Assembly (NCBI RefSeq): GCF_001457615.1
Contig: NZ_LN831024.1
Span: 750,001 to 782,000, forward strand
Length of the DNA: 32,000 bases
Reading direction: 5' to 3'
DNA from: Pseudomonas aeruginosa
Lineage (GTDB): Bacteria > Pseudomonadota > Gammaproteobacteria > Pseudomonadales > Pseudomonadaceae
Below the pieces are notes generated by a model. The model was given only the letters and a program-made list of their open reading frames with translations, had not been told where the DNA came from and did not search any database. Both the position numbers and the translations under genes were made by a program. Each line of letters begins with the position of its first letter. The first letter of the stretch is position 1. Shown here piece by piece: positions 9,852-20,052 of the stretch.

Positions 9852-11560
9852 CCCCGGTGCTGTGGCGCCTGCTGCGCACCTATCGCTGGCGGCTGGCGGC
9901 GGCCATGGGGTTGCAGGCCCTGGCCGGGCTCTGCTCGCTGTTGCCCTGGATGCTTCTCGCCTGGCTCGCCGAGCCGCTGGCGCGCGGCCAGGCGCAGCCG
10001 GCCCTGCTGGCCCTGGTGCTGCTGGCGGTGCTGGCCTGGCTGGGCTGCCAGGCGCTGGCCGCGCACCTGGCCCACCGGGTCGACGCGGACCTCTGCAACG
10101 ACCTGCGCCTGCGCCTGCTGGCGCACCTGCAACGGCTGCCGCTGGACTGGTTCGGTCGCCAGGGCCCGGACGGCGTGGCGCGCCTCGTGGAGCAGGACGT
10201 GCGGGCCCTGCACCAACTGATCGCGCACGCTCCCAACGATCTCAGCAACCTGTTGGTGGTGCCGCTCGTCGCGTTGCTCTGGCTGGCCTGGCTGCACCCC
10301 TGGCTGCTGCTGTTCTGCCTGCTGCCGCTGGTGCTGGCCGCCGCCGGCTTCCTGCTGCTGCGCTCGGCGCGCTACCGCGACCTGGTGCTGCGGCGCAATG
10401 CCGCGCTGGAAAGGCTCTCGGCGGACTATGGCGAATTCGCCCACAACCTGCTGCTGGCCCGACAGTACCCCGGCGCCGGCATACAACAGGGCGCCGAGGC
10501 GTCGGCGGCGGCCTTCGGCGAAGCGTTCGGCGCCTGGGTGAAGCGGGTCGGCCACCTCGCCGCGCTGGTCTACGTGCAGTTGTCGACGCCCTGGCTGCTG
10601 GCCTGGGTCCTGCTCGGCGCGCTGGCCCTGGATGCCCTCGGCGTGCCGCTGGCGCTCGGCCAGGCCTGCGCCTTCCTGCTCCTGTTGCGGGCCCTGGCCG
10701 CCCCGGTACAGGCGCTCGGCCACGGCGGCGACGCGCTGCTGGGCGCGCGCGCCGCCGCCGAGCGCCTGCAGCAGGTGTTCGACCAGGCGCCGCTGGCCGA
10801 GGGCCGCTCGACCCGCGAGCCGGTCGATGGCGCGGTGGCGCTGCACGGCCTGGGCCATGCCTATGAAGGCGTGGAGGTCCTGGCCGATATCGATCTGGAG
10901 CTGGAGGATGGCAGCCTGGTGGCCCTGGTCGGTCCCTCGGGCTCCGGCAAGAGCACCCTGCTGCACCTGCTGGCGCGCTACATGGACGCGCAGCGCGGCG
11001 AACTGGAGGTTGGCGGCCTGGCACTGAAGGACATGCCCGATGCCGTGCGCCATCGGCATATCGCGCTGGTCGGCCAGCAGGCGGCGGCGCTGGAGATATC
11101 CCTGGCCGACAACATTGCCCTGTTCCGCCCCGATGCCGATCTCCAGGAGATTCGCCAGGCGGCCCGTGACGCCTGCCTCGACGAGCGCATCATGGCCCTG
11201 CCGCGTGGCTACGACAGCGTGCCGGGACGCGACCTGCAACTGTCCGGCGGCGAACTGCAACGACTGGCCCTGGCCCGTGCGCTGCTATCGCCGGCGCGCC
11301 TGTTGCTGCTCGACGAGCCAACCTCGGCGCTGGATCCGCAGACCGCCCGGCAGGTCCTGCGCAACCTGCGCGAACGCGGCGGTGGCCGGACCCGGGTGAT
11401 CGTCGCCCATCGTCTGGCCGAAGTCAGCGATGCCGACCTGATCCTGGTGCTGGTCGCTGGCCGTCTGGTCGAACGCGGCGAGCACGCGGCGCTGTTGGCG
11501 GCGGACGGCGCCTATGCGCGCTTGTGGCGTGAACAGAACGGCGCGGAGGTGGCGGCATGA
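9848..11560 (+). CDS. pchH: ABC transporter PchH (fused TM-NBD, exporter fold), pyochelin cluster
   Basis: GTG start overlapping the pchG stop (GTGA 9848-9851). 570 aa; Walker A GPSGSGKST, signature LSGGELQRLALARAL, Walker B LLLLDEPTSALD. Confidence 0.93.
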   Translation: MTPVLWRLLRTYRWRLAAAMGLQALAGLCSLLPWMLLAWLAEPLARGQAQPALLALVLLAVLAWLGCQALAAHLAHRVDADLCNDLRLRLLAHLQRLPLDWFGRQGPDGVARLVEQDVRALHQLIAHAPNDLSNLLVVPLVALLWLAWLHPWLLLFCLLPLVLAAAGFLLLRSARYRDLVLRRNAALERLSADYGEFAHNLLLARQYPGAGIQQGAEASAAAFGEAFGAWVKRVGHLAALVYVQLSTPWLLAWVLLGALALDALGVPLALGQACAFLLLLRALAAPVQALGHGGDALLGARAAAERLQQVFDQAPLAEGRSTREPVDGAVALHGLGHAYEGVEVLADIDLELEDGSLVALVGPSGSGKSTLLHLLARYMDAQRGELEVGGLALKDMPDAVRHRHIALVGQQAAALEISLADNIALFRPDADLQEIRQAARDACLDERIMALPRGYDSVPGRDLQLSGGELQRLALARALLSPARLLLLDEPTSALDPQTARQVLRNLRERGGGRTRVIVAHRLAEVSDADLILVLVAGRLVERGEHAALLAADGAYARLWREQNGAEVAA

Positions 11561-13281
11561 CCCTGTTCGAACGAATGCGTGCGCTGCCCGAAGACTGCCG
11601 TGCCGCGTTGCGCCGGGCGAGCGCCTGGGCGGTCCTGGCGGCGCTGCTGGACGCCGCTTGCGGCGTATTGCTGGTGCCGTTGGTCGAGGCCTGGTTCGCC
11701 GAAGGCGCGTTGCCCTGGCGCTGGGTCGCAGCGTTGCTCGGCTTGAGCCTGGCGCAGGCGCTGTTGCAGTACCTGGCCCTGCGTCGCGGTTTCGCCGCCG
11801 GCGGCTCGCTGGCGGCTGGACTGGTGCGCAGCCTGGTGGCGCGCTTGCCGCGCCTGGCGCCGCCGGCGCTGCGCCGGGTCGCGCCGGCCGAAGGCCTGCT
11901 GCGCGGCCCGGTGATGCAGGCGATGGGCATTCCGGCGCACCTGCTGGGGCCGCTGATCGCCGCATTGGTGACGCCGCTCGGGGTGATCCTCGGGCTGTTC
12001 CTGATCGACCCGTCCATCGCCCTCGGCCTGCTCGTTGCCGGTGCCGTCCTCGCTGCGCTGTTGCGCTGGAGCGGGCGGCGCAATCTGGCGGCGGAGGATG
12101 CCCGGCTGGCCGCCGAGCGCGACGCTGCACGGCAGTTGCAGGCGTTCGCCGAACGCCAGCCGCTGCTGCGCGCGGCGCAGCGCGAAAGCGTCGCCCGCCA
12201 GGGGCTGGAAGAGGCCTTGCGCAGTCTCCACCGCAGCACCCTGGATCTGTTGCGGCGCAGCCTGCCCAGCGGCCTCGGCTTCGCCCTGGCGGTGCAGGCG
12301 GCGTTCGCCTTCGCCCTGCTCGGCGGCGCCTGGGCGGTGGAGCGGCAATGGCTGGACGGCGCTCGGCTGGTGGCCGTGCTGGTGCTGCTGGTGCGCTTCA
12401 TCGAGCCGCTGGCCCAGCTCACCCATCTCGACCAGGCGTTGCGCGGCGCCTGGCAGGCGCTGGATACCCTGCTGCGGGTTTTCGCCCTGGCTCCGCTGCG
12501 CAGCCCCGAGCCGGGCGAGCGGCCGCACGACGCCAGCCTGGCGGCCGAGGCCGTGGAATTGCGTCTGGAAGATGGCCGCGCCTTGCTCGAGGACATTTCC
12601 CTGAGGCTGGAGCCGGGTTCGCTGAACGTCCTCGTCGGACCCTCCGGGGCCGGCAAGAGCAGCCTGCTGGCGCTGCTCGGGCGGCTCTACGACGCCGACG
12701 CCGGGTGTGTCCTGCTGGGTGGCGTGGATATCCGCCGGTTGAGCGAAACGACCCTCGCCGCCAGTCGCAACCTGGTGTTCCAGGACAACGGCCTGTTCCG
12801 CGGCAGCGTTGCCTGGAACCTGCGCATGGCGCGAGCGGACGCCGATCTCGAAGCGCTGCGCGAGGCGGCGCGGGCGGTTGGCCTGCTGGAAGAGATCGAG
12901 GCCTGGCCGCAGGGCTGGGACAGCGACGTCGGTCCCGGCGGCGCGCTGCTGTCCGGCGGCCAGCGGCAACGCCTGTGCCTGGCTCGCGGGCTGCTCTCGA
13001 CGGCGCCGTTGCTGCTGCTCGACGAGCCCACCGCCAGCCTCGACGCCGCCAGCGAGGCGCAGGTGCTGCGCAGCCTGCTCGGGTTGCGCGGCCGGCGCAC
13101 CCTGCTGGTAGTGACCCACCGCCCGGCGCTGGCGCGTCAGGCCGACCAGGTACTGCTGCTGGAGGAGGGGCGCCTGCGCCTCAGCGGACTTCACGCCGAT
13201 CTGCTCGTCCGGGACGACTGGTATGCCGGTTTCGTCGGGCTGGCGGGCGAGGAAAGTTCCGCGACGGTCGTGGATCGATAG
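11557..13281 (+). CDS. pchI: ABC transporter PchI (fused TM-NBD, exporter fold), pyochelin cluster
   Basis: 574-aa ORF. Walker A GPSGAGKSS, signature LSGGQRQRLCLARGL, Walker B LLLLDEPTASLD; ATGA overlap with pchH. Confidence 0.94.
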   Translation: MTLFERMRALPEDCRAALRRASAWAVLAALLDAACGVLLVPLVEAWFAEGALPWRWVAALLGLSLAQALLQYLALRRGFAAGGSLAAGLVRSLVARLPRLAPPALRRVAPAEGLLRGPVMQAMGIPAHLLGPLIAALVTPLGVILGLFLIDPSIALGLLVAGAVLAALLRWSGRRNLAAEDARLAAERDAARQLQAFAERQPLLRAAQRESVARQGLEEALRSLHRSTLDLLRRSLPSGLGFALAVQAAFAFALLGGAWAVERQWLDGARLVAVLVLLVRFIEPLAQLTHLDQALRGAWQALDTLLRVFALAPLRSPEPGERPHDASLAAEAVELRLEDGRALLEDISLRLEPGSLNVLVGPSGAGKSSLLALLGRLYDADAGCVLLGGVDIRRLSETTLAASRNLVFQDNGLFRGSVAWNLRMARADADLEALREAARAVGLLEEIEAWPQGWDSDVGPGGALLSGGQRQRLCLARGLLSTAPLLLLDEPTASLDAASEAQVLRSLLGLRGRRTLLVVTHRPALARQADQVLLLEEGRLRLSGLHADLLVRDDWYAGFVGLAGEESSATVVDR

Positions 13282-13288
13282 AGAAAGA

Positions 13289-13322
13289 CCGGCAATCGAA
13301 AAAGCCCCGGAGACGATTTCTT
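13289..13322 (+). promoter_or_regulatory. Candidate PchR (AraC-type activator) binding element adjacent to the Fur box
   Basis: The 91-bp pchI-fptA gap contains CGAAAAAGCCCCGGAGACGATTTC immediately upstream of the Fur box. The fptABCX promoter is known to be activated by PchR plus ferripyochelin; exact box boundaries were not verified. Confidence 0.45.
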
Positions 13323-13341
13323 CATAATGATAAGCATTATC
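13323..13341 (+). promoter_or_regulatory. Fur box upstream of fptA
   Basis: CATAATGATAAGCATTATC matches the 19-bp Fur consensus GATAATGATAATCATTATC at 17/19 positions and lies 31 bp upstream of the fptA start. Confidence 0.88.
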
Positions 13342-13372
13342 AAATCGTATATCCCCCGAGGCTGTTCGAACG

Positions 13373-15535
13373 ATGAAAACGGAGACGAAGGTGATCAAGG
13401 GACGCCAGGGCATCGCCCGCAATCGGCACACCCCGTTGTGCCTGGGCCTGCTGCTGGCGCTGAGTCCGCTGGCCGCGGCCGTGGCCGACGCGCGCAAGGA
13501 CGGCGAGACGGAACTGCCGGACATGGTGATCAGCGGAGAAAGCACGTCCGCCACCCAGCCGCCGGGGGTGACTACCCTGGGCAAGGTGCCGCTCAAGCCG
13601 CGCGAGCTGCCGCAGTCCGCCAGCGTCATCGACCATGAGCGCCTCGAACAGCAGAATCTGTTCAGCCTCGACGAAGCCATGCAGCAGGCCACCGGGGTCA
13701 CCGTGCAGCCGTTCCAGCTGCTGACCACCGCCTACTACGTGCGCGGCTTCAAGGTCGACTCCTTCGAGCTGGACGGGGTGCCGGCACTGCTCGGCAATAC
13801 CGCCAGTTCGCCGCAGGACATGGCGATCTACGAGCGGGTCGAGATCCTCCGCGGCTCCAACGGACTGCTGCATGGCACCGGCAACCCGGCGGCCACCGTC
13901 AACCTGGTGCGCAAGCGGCCGCAGCGCGAGTTCGCCGCCAGCACCACCCTCAGCGCCGGGCGCTGGGACCGCTACCGCGCCGAGGTCGACGTCGGCGGCC
14001 CGCTGAGCGCCAGCGGCAACGTGCGCGGCCGAGCGGTGGCCGCCTACGAGGACCGCGACTACTTCTACGACGTGGCCGACCAGGGCACCCGCCTGCTCTA
14101 CGGGGTGACCGAGTTCGACCTGAGCCCCGACACCCTGCTCACCGTCGGTGCGCAATACCAGCACATCGACTCGATCACCAACATGGCCGGGGTACCGATG
14201 GCCAAGGATGGGTCCAATCTCGGGCTGTCCCGCGACACCTACCTCGATGTCGACTGGGACCGCTTCAAGTGGGACACCTACCGCGCCTTCGGCTCCCTCG
14301 AACAGCAACTGGGCGGCGGCTGGAAAGGCAAGGTCAGCGCCGAATACCAGGAAGCCGATTCGCGCCTGCGTTACGCCGGCTCCTTCGGCGCCATCGACCC
14401 GCAGACCGGCGACGGTGGCCAGCTGACGGGCGCCGCCTACAAGTTCAAGAGCATCCAGCGCAGCCTCGACGCCAACCTCAATGGGCCGGTGCGACTGTTC
14501 GGCCTGACCCACGAACTGCTCGGTGGGGTCACCTACGCCCAGGGCGAGACCCGCCAGGACACCGCACGCTTCCTCAACCTGCCGAACACCCCGGTCAATG
14601 TCTACCGCTGGGACCCGCACGGCGTGCCGCGCCCGCAGATCGGCCAGTACACTTCGCCGGGCACCACCACCACCACCCAGAAAGGCCTCTATGCCCTGGG
14701 CCGGATCAAGCTCGCCGAGCCGCTGACCCTGGTGGTCGGCGGCCGCGAAAGCTGGTGGGACCAGGACACCCCGGCCACCCGCTTCAAGCCCGGTCGCCAG
14801 TTCACGCCCTACGGCGGGCTGATCTGGGACTTCGCCAGGGACTGGTCGTGGTATGTCAGCTACGCCGAGGTCTACCAGCCGCAGGCGGATCGCCAGACCT
14901 GGAACAGCGAGCCGCTGAGCCCGGTGGAAGGCAAGACCTACGAAACCGGGATCAAGGGCGAACTGGCCGACGGCCGCCTGAACCTGTCGCTGGCGGCGTT
15001 CCGCATCGACCTGGAGAACAATCCGCAGGAAGACCCGGACCATCCGGGGCCGCCCAACAATCCGTTCTACATCAGCGGCGGCAAGGTGCGCAGCCAGGGC
15101 TTCGAGCTGGAAGGCACCGGCTACCTGACGCCCTACTGGAGTCTCTCGGCCGGCTACACCTACACCAGCACCGAGTACCTCAAGGACAGCCAGAACGACT
15201 CGGGGACGCGCTACTCCACCTTCACCCCGAGGCACCTGCTGCGCCTGTGGAGCAACTACGACCTGCCCTGGCAGGACCGGCGCTGGAGCGTCGGCGGCGG
15301 ACTCCAGGCGCAGAGCGACTACAGCGTCGACTACCGCGGCGTGAGCATGCGCCAGGGCGGCTACGCACTGGTCAACATGCGCCTGGGCTACAAGATCGAC
15401 GAGCACTGGACGGCGGCGGTCAACGTCAACAACCTGTTCGACCGGACCTACTACCAGAGCCTGTCCAACCCCAACTGGAACAACCGCTACGGCGAACCGC
15501 GCAGCTTCAACGTCAGCCTGCGGGGCGCGTTCTGA
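13373..15535 (+). CDS. fptA: Fe(III)-pyochelin TonB-dependent outer membrane receptor FptA
   Basis: 720-aa ORF with signal peptide, TonB-box/plug region ([11 protein letters not shown]-like, [17 protein letters not shown]), and C-terminal [32 protein letters not shown] ending in Phe. Confidence 0.97.
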   Translation: MKTETKVIKGRQGIARNRHTPLCLGLLLALSPLAAAVADARKDGETELPDMVISGESTSATQPPGVTTLGKVPLKPRELPQSASVIDHERLEQQNLFSLDEAMQQATGVTVQPFQLLTTAYYVRGFKVDSFELDGVPALLGNTASSPQDMAIYERVEILRGSNGLLHGTGNPAATVNLVRKRPQREFAASTTLSAGRWDRYRAEVDVGGPLSASGNVRGRAVAAYEDRDYFYDVADQGTRLLYGVTEFDLSPDTLLTVGAQYQHIDSITNMAGVPMAKDGSNLGLSRDTYLDVDWDRFKWDTYRAFGSLEQQLGGGWKGKVSAEYQEADSRLRYAGSFGAIDPQTGDGGQLTGAAYKFKSIQRSLDANLNGPVRLFGLTHELLGGVTYAQGETRQDTARFLNLPNTPVNVYRWDPHGVPRPQIGQYTSPGTTTTTQKGLYALGRIKLAEPLTLVVGGRESWWDQDTPATRFKPGRQFTPYGGLIWDFARDWSWYVSYAEVYQPQADRQTWNSEPLSPVEGKTYETGIKGELADGRLNLSLAAFRIDLENNPQEDPDHPGPPNNPFYISGGKVRSQGFELEGTGYLTPYWSLSAGYTYTSTEYLKDSQNDSGTRYSTFTPRHLLRLWSNYDLPWQDRRWSVGGGLQAQSDYSVDYRGVSMRQGGYALVNMRLGYKIDEHWTAAVNVNNLFDRTYYQSLSNPNWNNRYGEPRSFNVSLRGAF

Positions 15536-15816
15536 TGCCGCGCCAGTCGGGCTTCGGCTGGGCCTGGCGGGTTCCGCTGGCGCTCGCCGGCAGCCTGGCG
15601 GCGGCGACCGCCAGCGGCTATCTGTTGACTCGCGGGCTGCCCCTGGACGACCCGCTCGAGCGTCTCTACGCCGGGCTCTTCGGCGCGCTCGGGGTGGGCT
15701 TGTTGCTGCTTGTCGGCGGGTTGGTGGCGCGTGATCCGGGCAACTTCGCCTGGCGCCTGGGCGGTAGCCTGCTGGCACTGGGCCTGGCGTTGTGGCTGCT
15801 GGCGGGGCGCGGTTGA
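15535..15816 (+). CDS. fptB: Small membrane protein FptB (DUF3649-like), pyochelin uptake operon
   Basis: TGATG overlap with fptA (TGA 15533-15535, ATG 15535-15537). 93 aa, [34 protein letters not shown]..., hydrophobic segments. Confidence 0.85.
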   Translation: MPRQSGFGWAWRVPLALAGSLAAATASGYLLTRGLPLDDPLERLYAGLFGALGVGLLLLVGGLVARDPGNFAWRLGGSLLALGLALWLLAGRG

Positions 15817-15817
15817 A

Positions 15818-17323
15818 GTGGCGGCGCGTCCCCTCCTGCTCTCGCTGCACGGTGGCGCCGGCGCGCTGTTCGGCGTGCTGCTGTTCGTGGTGCTGTTCAG
15901 TGGCGCCTGGAGTCTTGGCCACGACGACCTGCGCGAGTGGCTGCGGGCCCCGGCGCAGGCGGGAGGAGAAGCCCTTGCGCTGGAGCGCCTGCTCGAACGG
16001 GCGGGCGAGGAAGGCGTCGACATCCGCGATGCGACCCTGCTGCTGCCTGCTCCCGGCCATGCCGCCTTCAGCGTCTGCGATGCGCGCCTGGACTGCCGGC
16101 TGGACCTCGACCCGGCCAGCGGCCGGGTGCTGCCACCGACGCCGGCGCTGGACCTCCTGCTGAACCTGCACAAGAGCCTGTTCGTCGGCTTCCCCGGGCG
16201 GGTGCTGGTCAGCCTGTTCGGCGTATCGCTGTTGCTGCTGTGCCTGGCCGGCGTGCTGCTGCACAGCCGCCGCTGGCGCGACCTGCGGCGTTGGCGGCGG
16301 GACCGCGGGCTGCGCCTGGCGCTGTTCGACCTGCACGGCCTGATCGGCATCTGGGGACTGCCCTGGCTGCTGTTGTTCGGTTTCACCGGCGCGCTCAGCG
16401 GGCTGGGCGCGCTCGGGACCCTGCTGCTGGCGCCGGTGGCCTACCCGCAGGAACCGAACCGGGTGTTCGTCGAGTTGATGGGACCGCCGCCGCCCGCCGC
16501 CGAGGGGCGGCCATTGGCGTCCCGCATCGATCTCGACCGCCTGCTTGCCGGCGATGCCGTGTGGGCGCCCGGCTTCGTCGCCCAGCGCTTGAGCCTCAGT
16601 CATGCCGGGGATGTCGCCGGCAGCGTGGAGATCGCCGGTATCCAGCGTGGCCTGCCGAGTACCGCGAACTTCGAGCGGCACCGCTATCGGCTGGCCGACG
16701 GCGCCCTGCTCGGCGAGCGCAGCTCGGCGCAGCGCGGGTTCTGGCTGCGCGCCTTCATCGCCGTGCAGCCGTTGCATTTCGCCCAGTACCAGTGGCTCGG
16801 GCCGGGCTGGTCCGCCGCGTTGCGCGGCCTGCACCTGGCGATGGGCCTCGGCGCCTGCCTGCTCTGCGCCAGCGGCCTGTACCTGTGGCTGCAACGACGC
16901 GCCTCGGCGCCGGACGCCCGCGTACGGCTCTTGCAGCGCCTGAGCCAGGGTTTCTGTGCCGGCCTGGTGGCGGCGGCCGCGTTGCTCCTGCTGGGGCTGC
17001 AACTCGTGCCCTCGGAGCTACTCGCCGGACCCTGGCCGGGGCGGCTGTTCCTTGTCCTGTGGGCCGCCGCTGGCCTGGCGGCGTTGCTGCTGCCGGGCGA
17101 CTGGCCGCTGGCGCGCGGGTTGCTCGGCGTCGCCGGGCTGGCCTGCCTGGCGGCCGCCGTCGCGCACCTGGCGCCCTGGCTCATGCGCGGCCGGCTGCCG
17201 GCCCTGGGCCCCGACCTCACCCTGATCCTCTGCGGCGCGCTGCTCATCCGGCACGCCTGGATGCAGGCGCGCGCCGCCGCGCCACCCGCCCACCCCCGTG
17301 TCACCGGAGACCACCATGCTTGA
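15818..17323 (+). CDS. fptC: PepSY-type transmembrane protein FptC; start codon uncertain (GTG at 15818 proposed)
   Basis: Long ORF 15710..17323 overlaps fptB at its N-terminus. From 15818 the product begins VAARPLLLSLHGGAGALFGVLLFVVLFSGAWSLGHDDLREW, typical of PepSY-associated TM proteins. Confidence 0.83.
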   Translation: MAARPLLLSLHGGAGALFGVLLFVVLFSGAWSLGHDDLREWLRAPAQAGGEALALERLLERAGEEGVDIRDATLLLPAPGHAAFSVCDARLDCRLDLDPASGRVLPPTPALDLLLNLHKSLFVGFPGRVLVSLFGVSLLLLCLAGVLLHSRRWRDLRRWRRDRGLRLALFDLHGLIGIWGLPWLLLFGFTGALSGLGALGTLLLAPVAYPQEPNRVFVELMGPPPPAAEGRPLASRIDLDRLLAGDAVWAPGFVAQRLSLSHAGDVAGSVEIAGIQRGLPSTANFERHRYRLADGALLGERSSAQRGFWLRAFIAVQPLHFAQYQWLGPGWSAALRGLHLAMGLGACLLCASGLYLWLQRRASAPDARVRLLQRLSQGFCAGLVAAAALLLLGLQLVPSELLAGPWPGRLFLVLWAAAGLAALLLPGDWPLARGLLGVAGLACLAAAVAHLAPWLMRGRLPALGPDLTLILCGALLIRHAWMQARAAAPPAHPRVTGDHHA

Positions 17324-18560
17324 GCTGTATCGCCACCGCCGCCTGGTCATCACCCTGGCGTTGCTCTACCTGTCCCAGGGCATTCCCATCGGCCTGGCCA
17401 TGGACGCCCTGCCCACCCTCCTGCGCCAGGATGGCGCGCCATTGCAGGCGCTGGCCTTCCTGCCCCTGGTGGGGCTGCCCTGGGTGGTCAAGTTCCTCTG
17501 GGCGCCCTGGGTCGACAACCATTGGTCGCGCCGTCTCGGCCGGCGGCGTAGCTGGATCCTGCCGATGCAATGCATCGTCCTCGCCTGCCTGCTCGGCCTG
17601 GCGACGCTCGGCCTCGGCGTGGCCAGTGCCGGTTGGGCGGTTGGCCTGCTGGCGCTGGCTTCGCTGGCCAGCGCGACCCAGGACATCGCCACCGACGGCA
17701 TGGCGGCGGAGCACTTCAGCGGCGAGCTGCTGGCCAAGGTCAACGCGGTACAGATCGCCGGGGTGATGATCGGCTTCTTCGGCGGCGGTGCCGGCAGCCT
17801 GATCCTCGCCGGGCATTTCGGCCAGCGCGCGGCGTTTCTGGTCATGGCCTGCGTGCCGCTGGCAAGCCTGTGCTGCGTGCTCGCCCTGGGGCGCGGCGAC
17901 CCCCACGAACTCCCCCCGGCACCGGCCGCCAAGGCCAGCCTGCTGCGCTTCCTGCGTCGGCCGCTGGCGCCTTCGCTGCTGGCACTGGCACTGCTGTCGG
18001 CGATGACCGCGGTATCCGGCTTCGGCCTGTCCAAGCTGTACCTCAGCGATGCCGGCTGGGCCTTGCAGGACATCGGCCGGCTGGGCATGAGCGGTGGCCT
18101 GGTCACGGTATTCCTCGGCTGCGGCGGCGGCGCCTGGCTGGTCAGGCGGATCGGCCTGTGGCGCGGTTTCGCCCTTGGCGTGGTGCTCGCCGGTTGTTCG
18201 GCGCTGCTCTGGTATCTGCAGGCCGGTCGCTGGTTGGCACTGAGCGAAGGATTGGCGTGGACCTGCGTGCTGATCGGCTCGCTGGCTACCGGCATCACCT
18301 CGGTGGCGATCCTCACCGCGGCGATGCGCTTCGCCGGCCAGGGCGGCCAGGCCGGCACCGATGTCACCGCGGTGCAGAGCACCCGAGACCTCGGCGAGAT
18401 GCTGGCGTCTTCGTTCCTGGTCAGCCTCACCGCGCAGATCGGCTATGCCGGCGGTTTCCTCACCGGCAGCGCCCTGGCGGTGCTGGCCCTGTTGCTCGCC
18501 CTGCGCCTGCAGGCCGGCGAGGGGCGCGGGGAGTGGAAGGGGCGGGCGGAAGAGGCCTGA
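17316..18560 (+). CDS. fptX: Inner-membrane MFS permease FptX for pyochelin uptake
   Basis: 414 aa from ATG at 17316: MLELYRHRRLVITLALLYLSQGIPIGLAMDALPTLL..., multi-TM AmpG-like MFS; overlaps the fptC stop. Confidence 0.93.
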   Translation: MLELYRHRRLVITLALLYLSQGIPIGLAMDALPTLLRQDGAPLQALAFLPLVGLPWVVKFLWAPWVDNHWSRRLGRRRSWILPMQCIVLACLLGLATLGLGVASAGWAVGLLALASLASATQDIATDGMAAEHFSGELLAKVNAVQIAGVMIGFFGGGAGSLILAGHFGQRAAFLVMACVPLASLCCVLALGRGDPHELPPAPAAKASLLRFLRRPLAPSLLALALLSAMTAVSGFGLSKLYLSDAGWALQDIGRLGMSGGLVTVFLGCGGGAWLVRRIGLWRGFALGVVLAGCSALLWYLQAGRWLALSEGLAWTCVLIGSLATGITSVAILTAAMRFAGQGGQAGTDVTAVQSTRDLGEMLASSFLVSLTAQIGYAGGFLTGSALAVLALLLALRLQAGEGRGEWKGRAEEA

Positions 18561-18586
18561 GGCGCTGCCGATAGGCGCGCAGCGCC
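18561..18586. repeat. Inverted repeat GGCGCTG-N12-CAGCGCC just after the fptX stop
   Basis: 7-bp perfect arms at 18561-18567 and 18580-18586. Confidence 0.55.
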
Positions 18587-18603
18587 CGGCACCCGCACGG
18601 ATG

Positions 18604-18631
18604 CCGCCTCTCCCGCGGACGGGAGAGGCGG
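18604..18631. terminator. Perfect 12-bp stem / 4-nt loop hairpin between convergent fptX and phzS
   Basis: CCGCCTCTCCCG (18604-18615) CGGA CGGGAGAGGCGG (18620-18631). Located between convergent ORFs, but no obvious U-tract. Confidence 0.6.
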
Positions 18632-18635
18632 GAGA

Positions 18636-18657
18636 GGGCAGGCGCGGTGGCCTGCCC
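18636..18657. terminator. Second hairpin (8-bp perfect stem, 6-nt loop) between fptX and phzS
   Basis: GGGCAGGC (18636-18643) GCGGTG GCCTGCCC (18650-18657). Confidence 0.5.
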
Positions 18658-18664
18658 GGTGTTG

Positions 18665-19933
<1,269 letters not shown>

Positions 19934-19956
19934 TTACCGCGATGAAACGTCGGCGC

Positions 19957-19993
19957 AGCGGCGGATAACGCCGGTGGCGTCATTCGCCCTACG
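19957..19993. repeat. REP-like imperfect palindrome in the phzG1-phzS intergenic region
   Basis: Core GGCGGATAACGCC GGT GGCGTCATTCGCC at about 19960-19988, followed by CTACG. The arms pair at 11/13 positions. It resembles the GTAGGGCGRATAACGC...GCGTTATCCGCC intergenic repeats common in P. aeruginosa (from memory). Confidence 0.5.
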
Positions 19994-20052
19994 ACCCGGC
20001 TCCGAGGCCGCGGGACGCATATCCGCCGTGAAACGCCGGCGCAGCGGTGTCG

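Noticed and set aside
13340-17002. 1220-aa - strand ORF opposite fptA-fptC
   Set aside because: Low-complexity Gln/Ala/Arg-rich translation with no family motifs; the opposite strand carries fptA, fptB and fptC.
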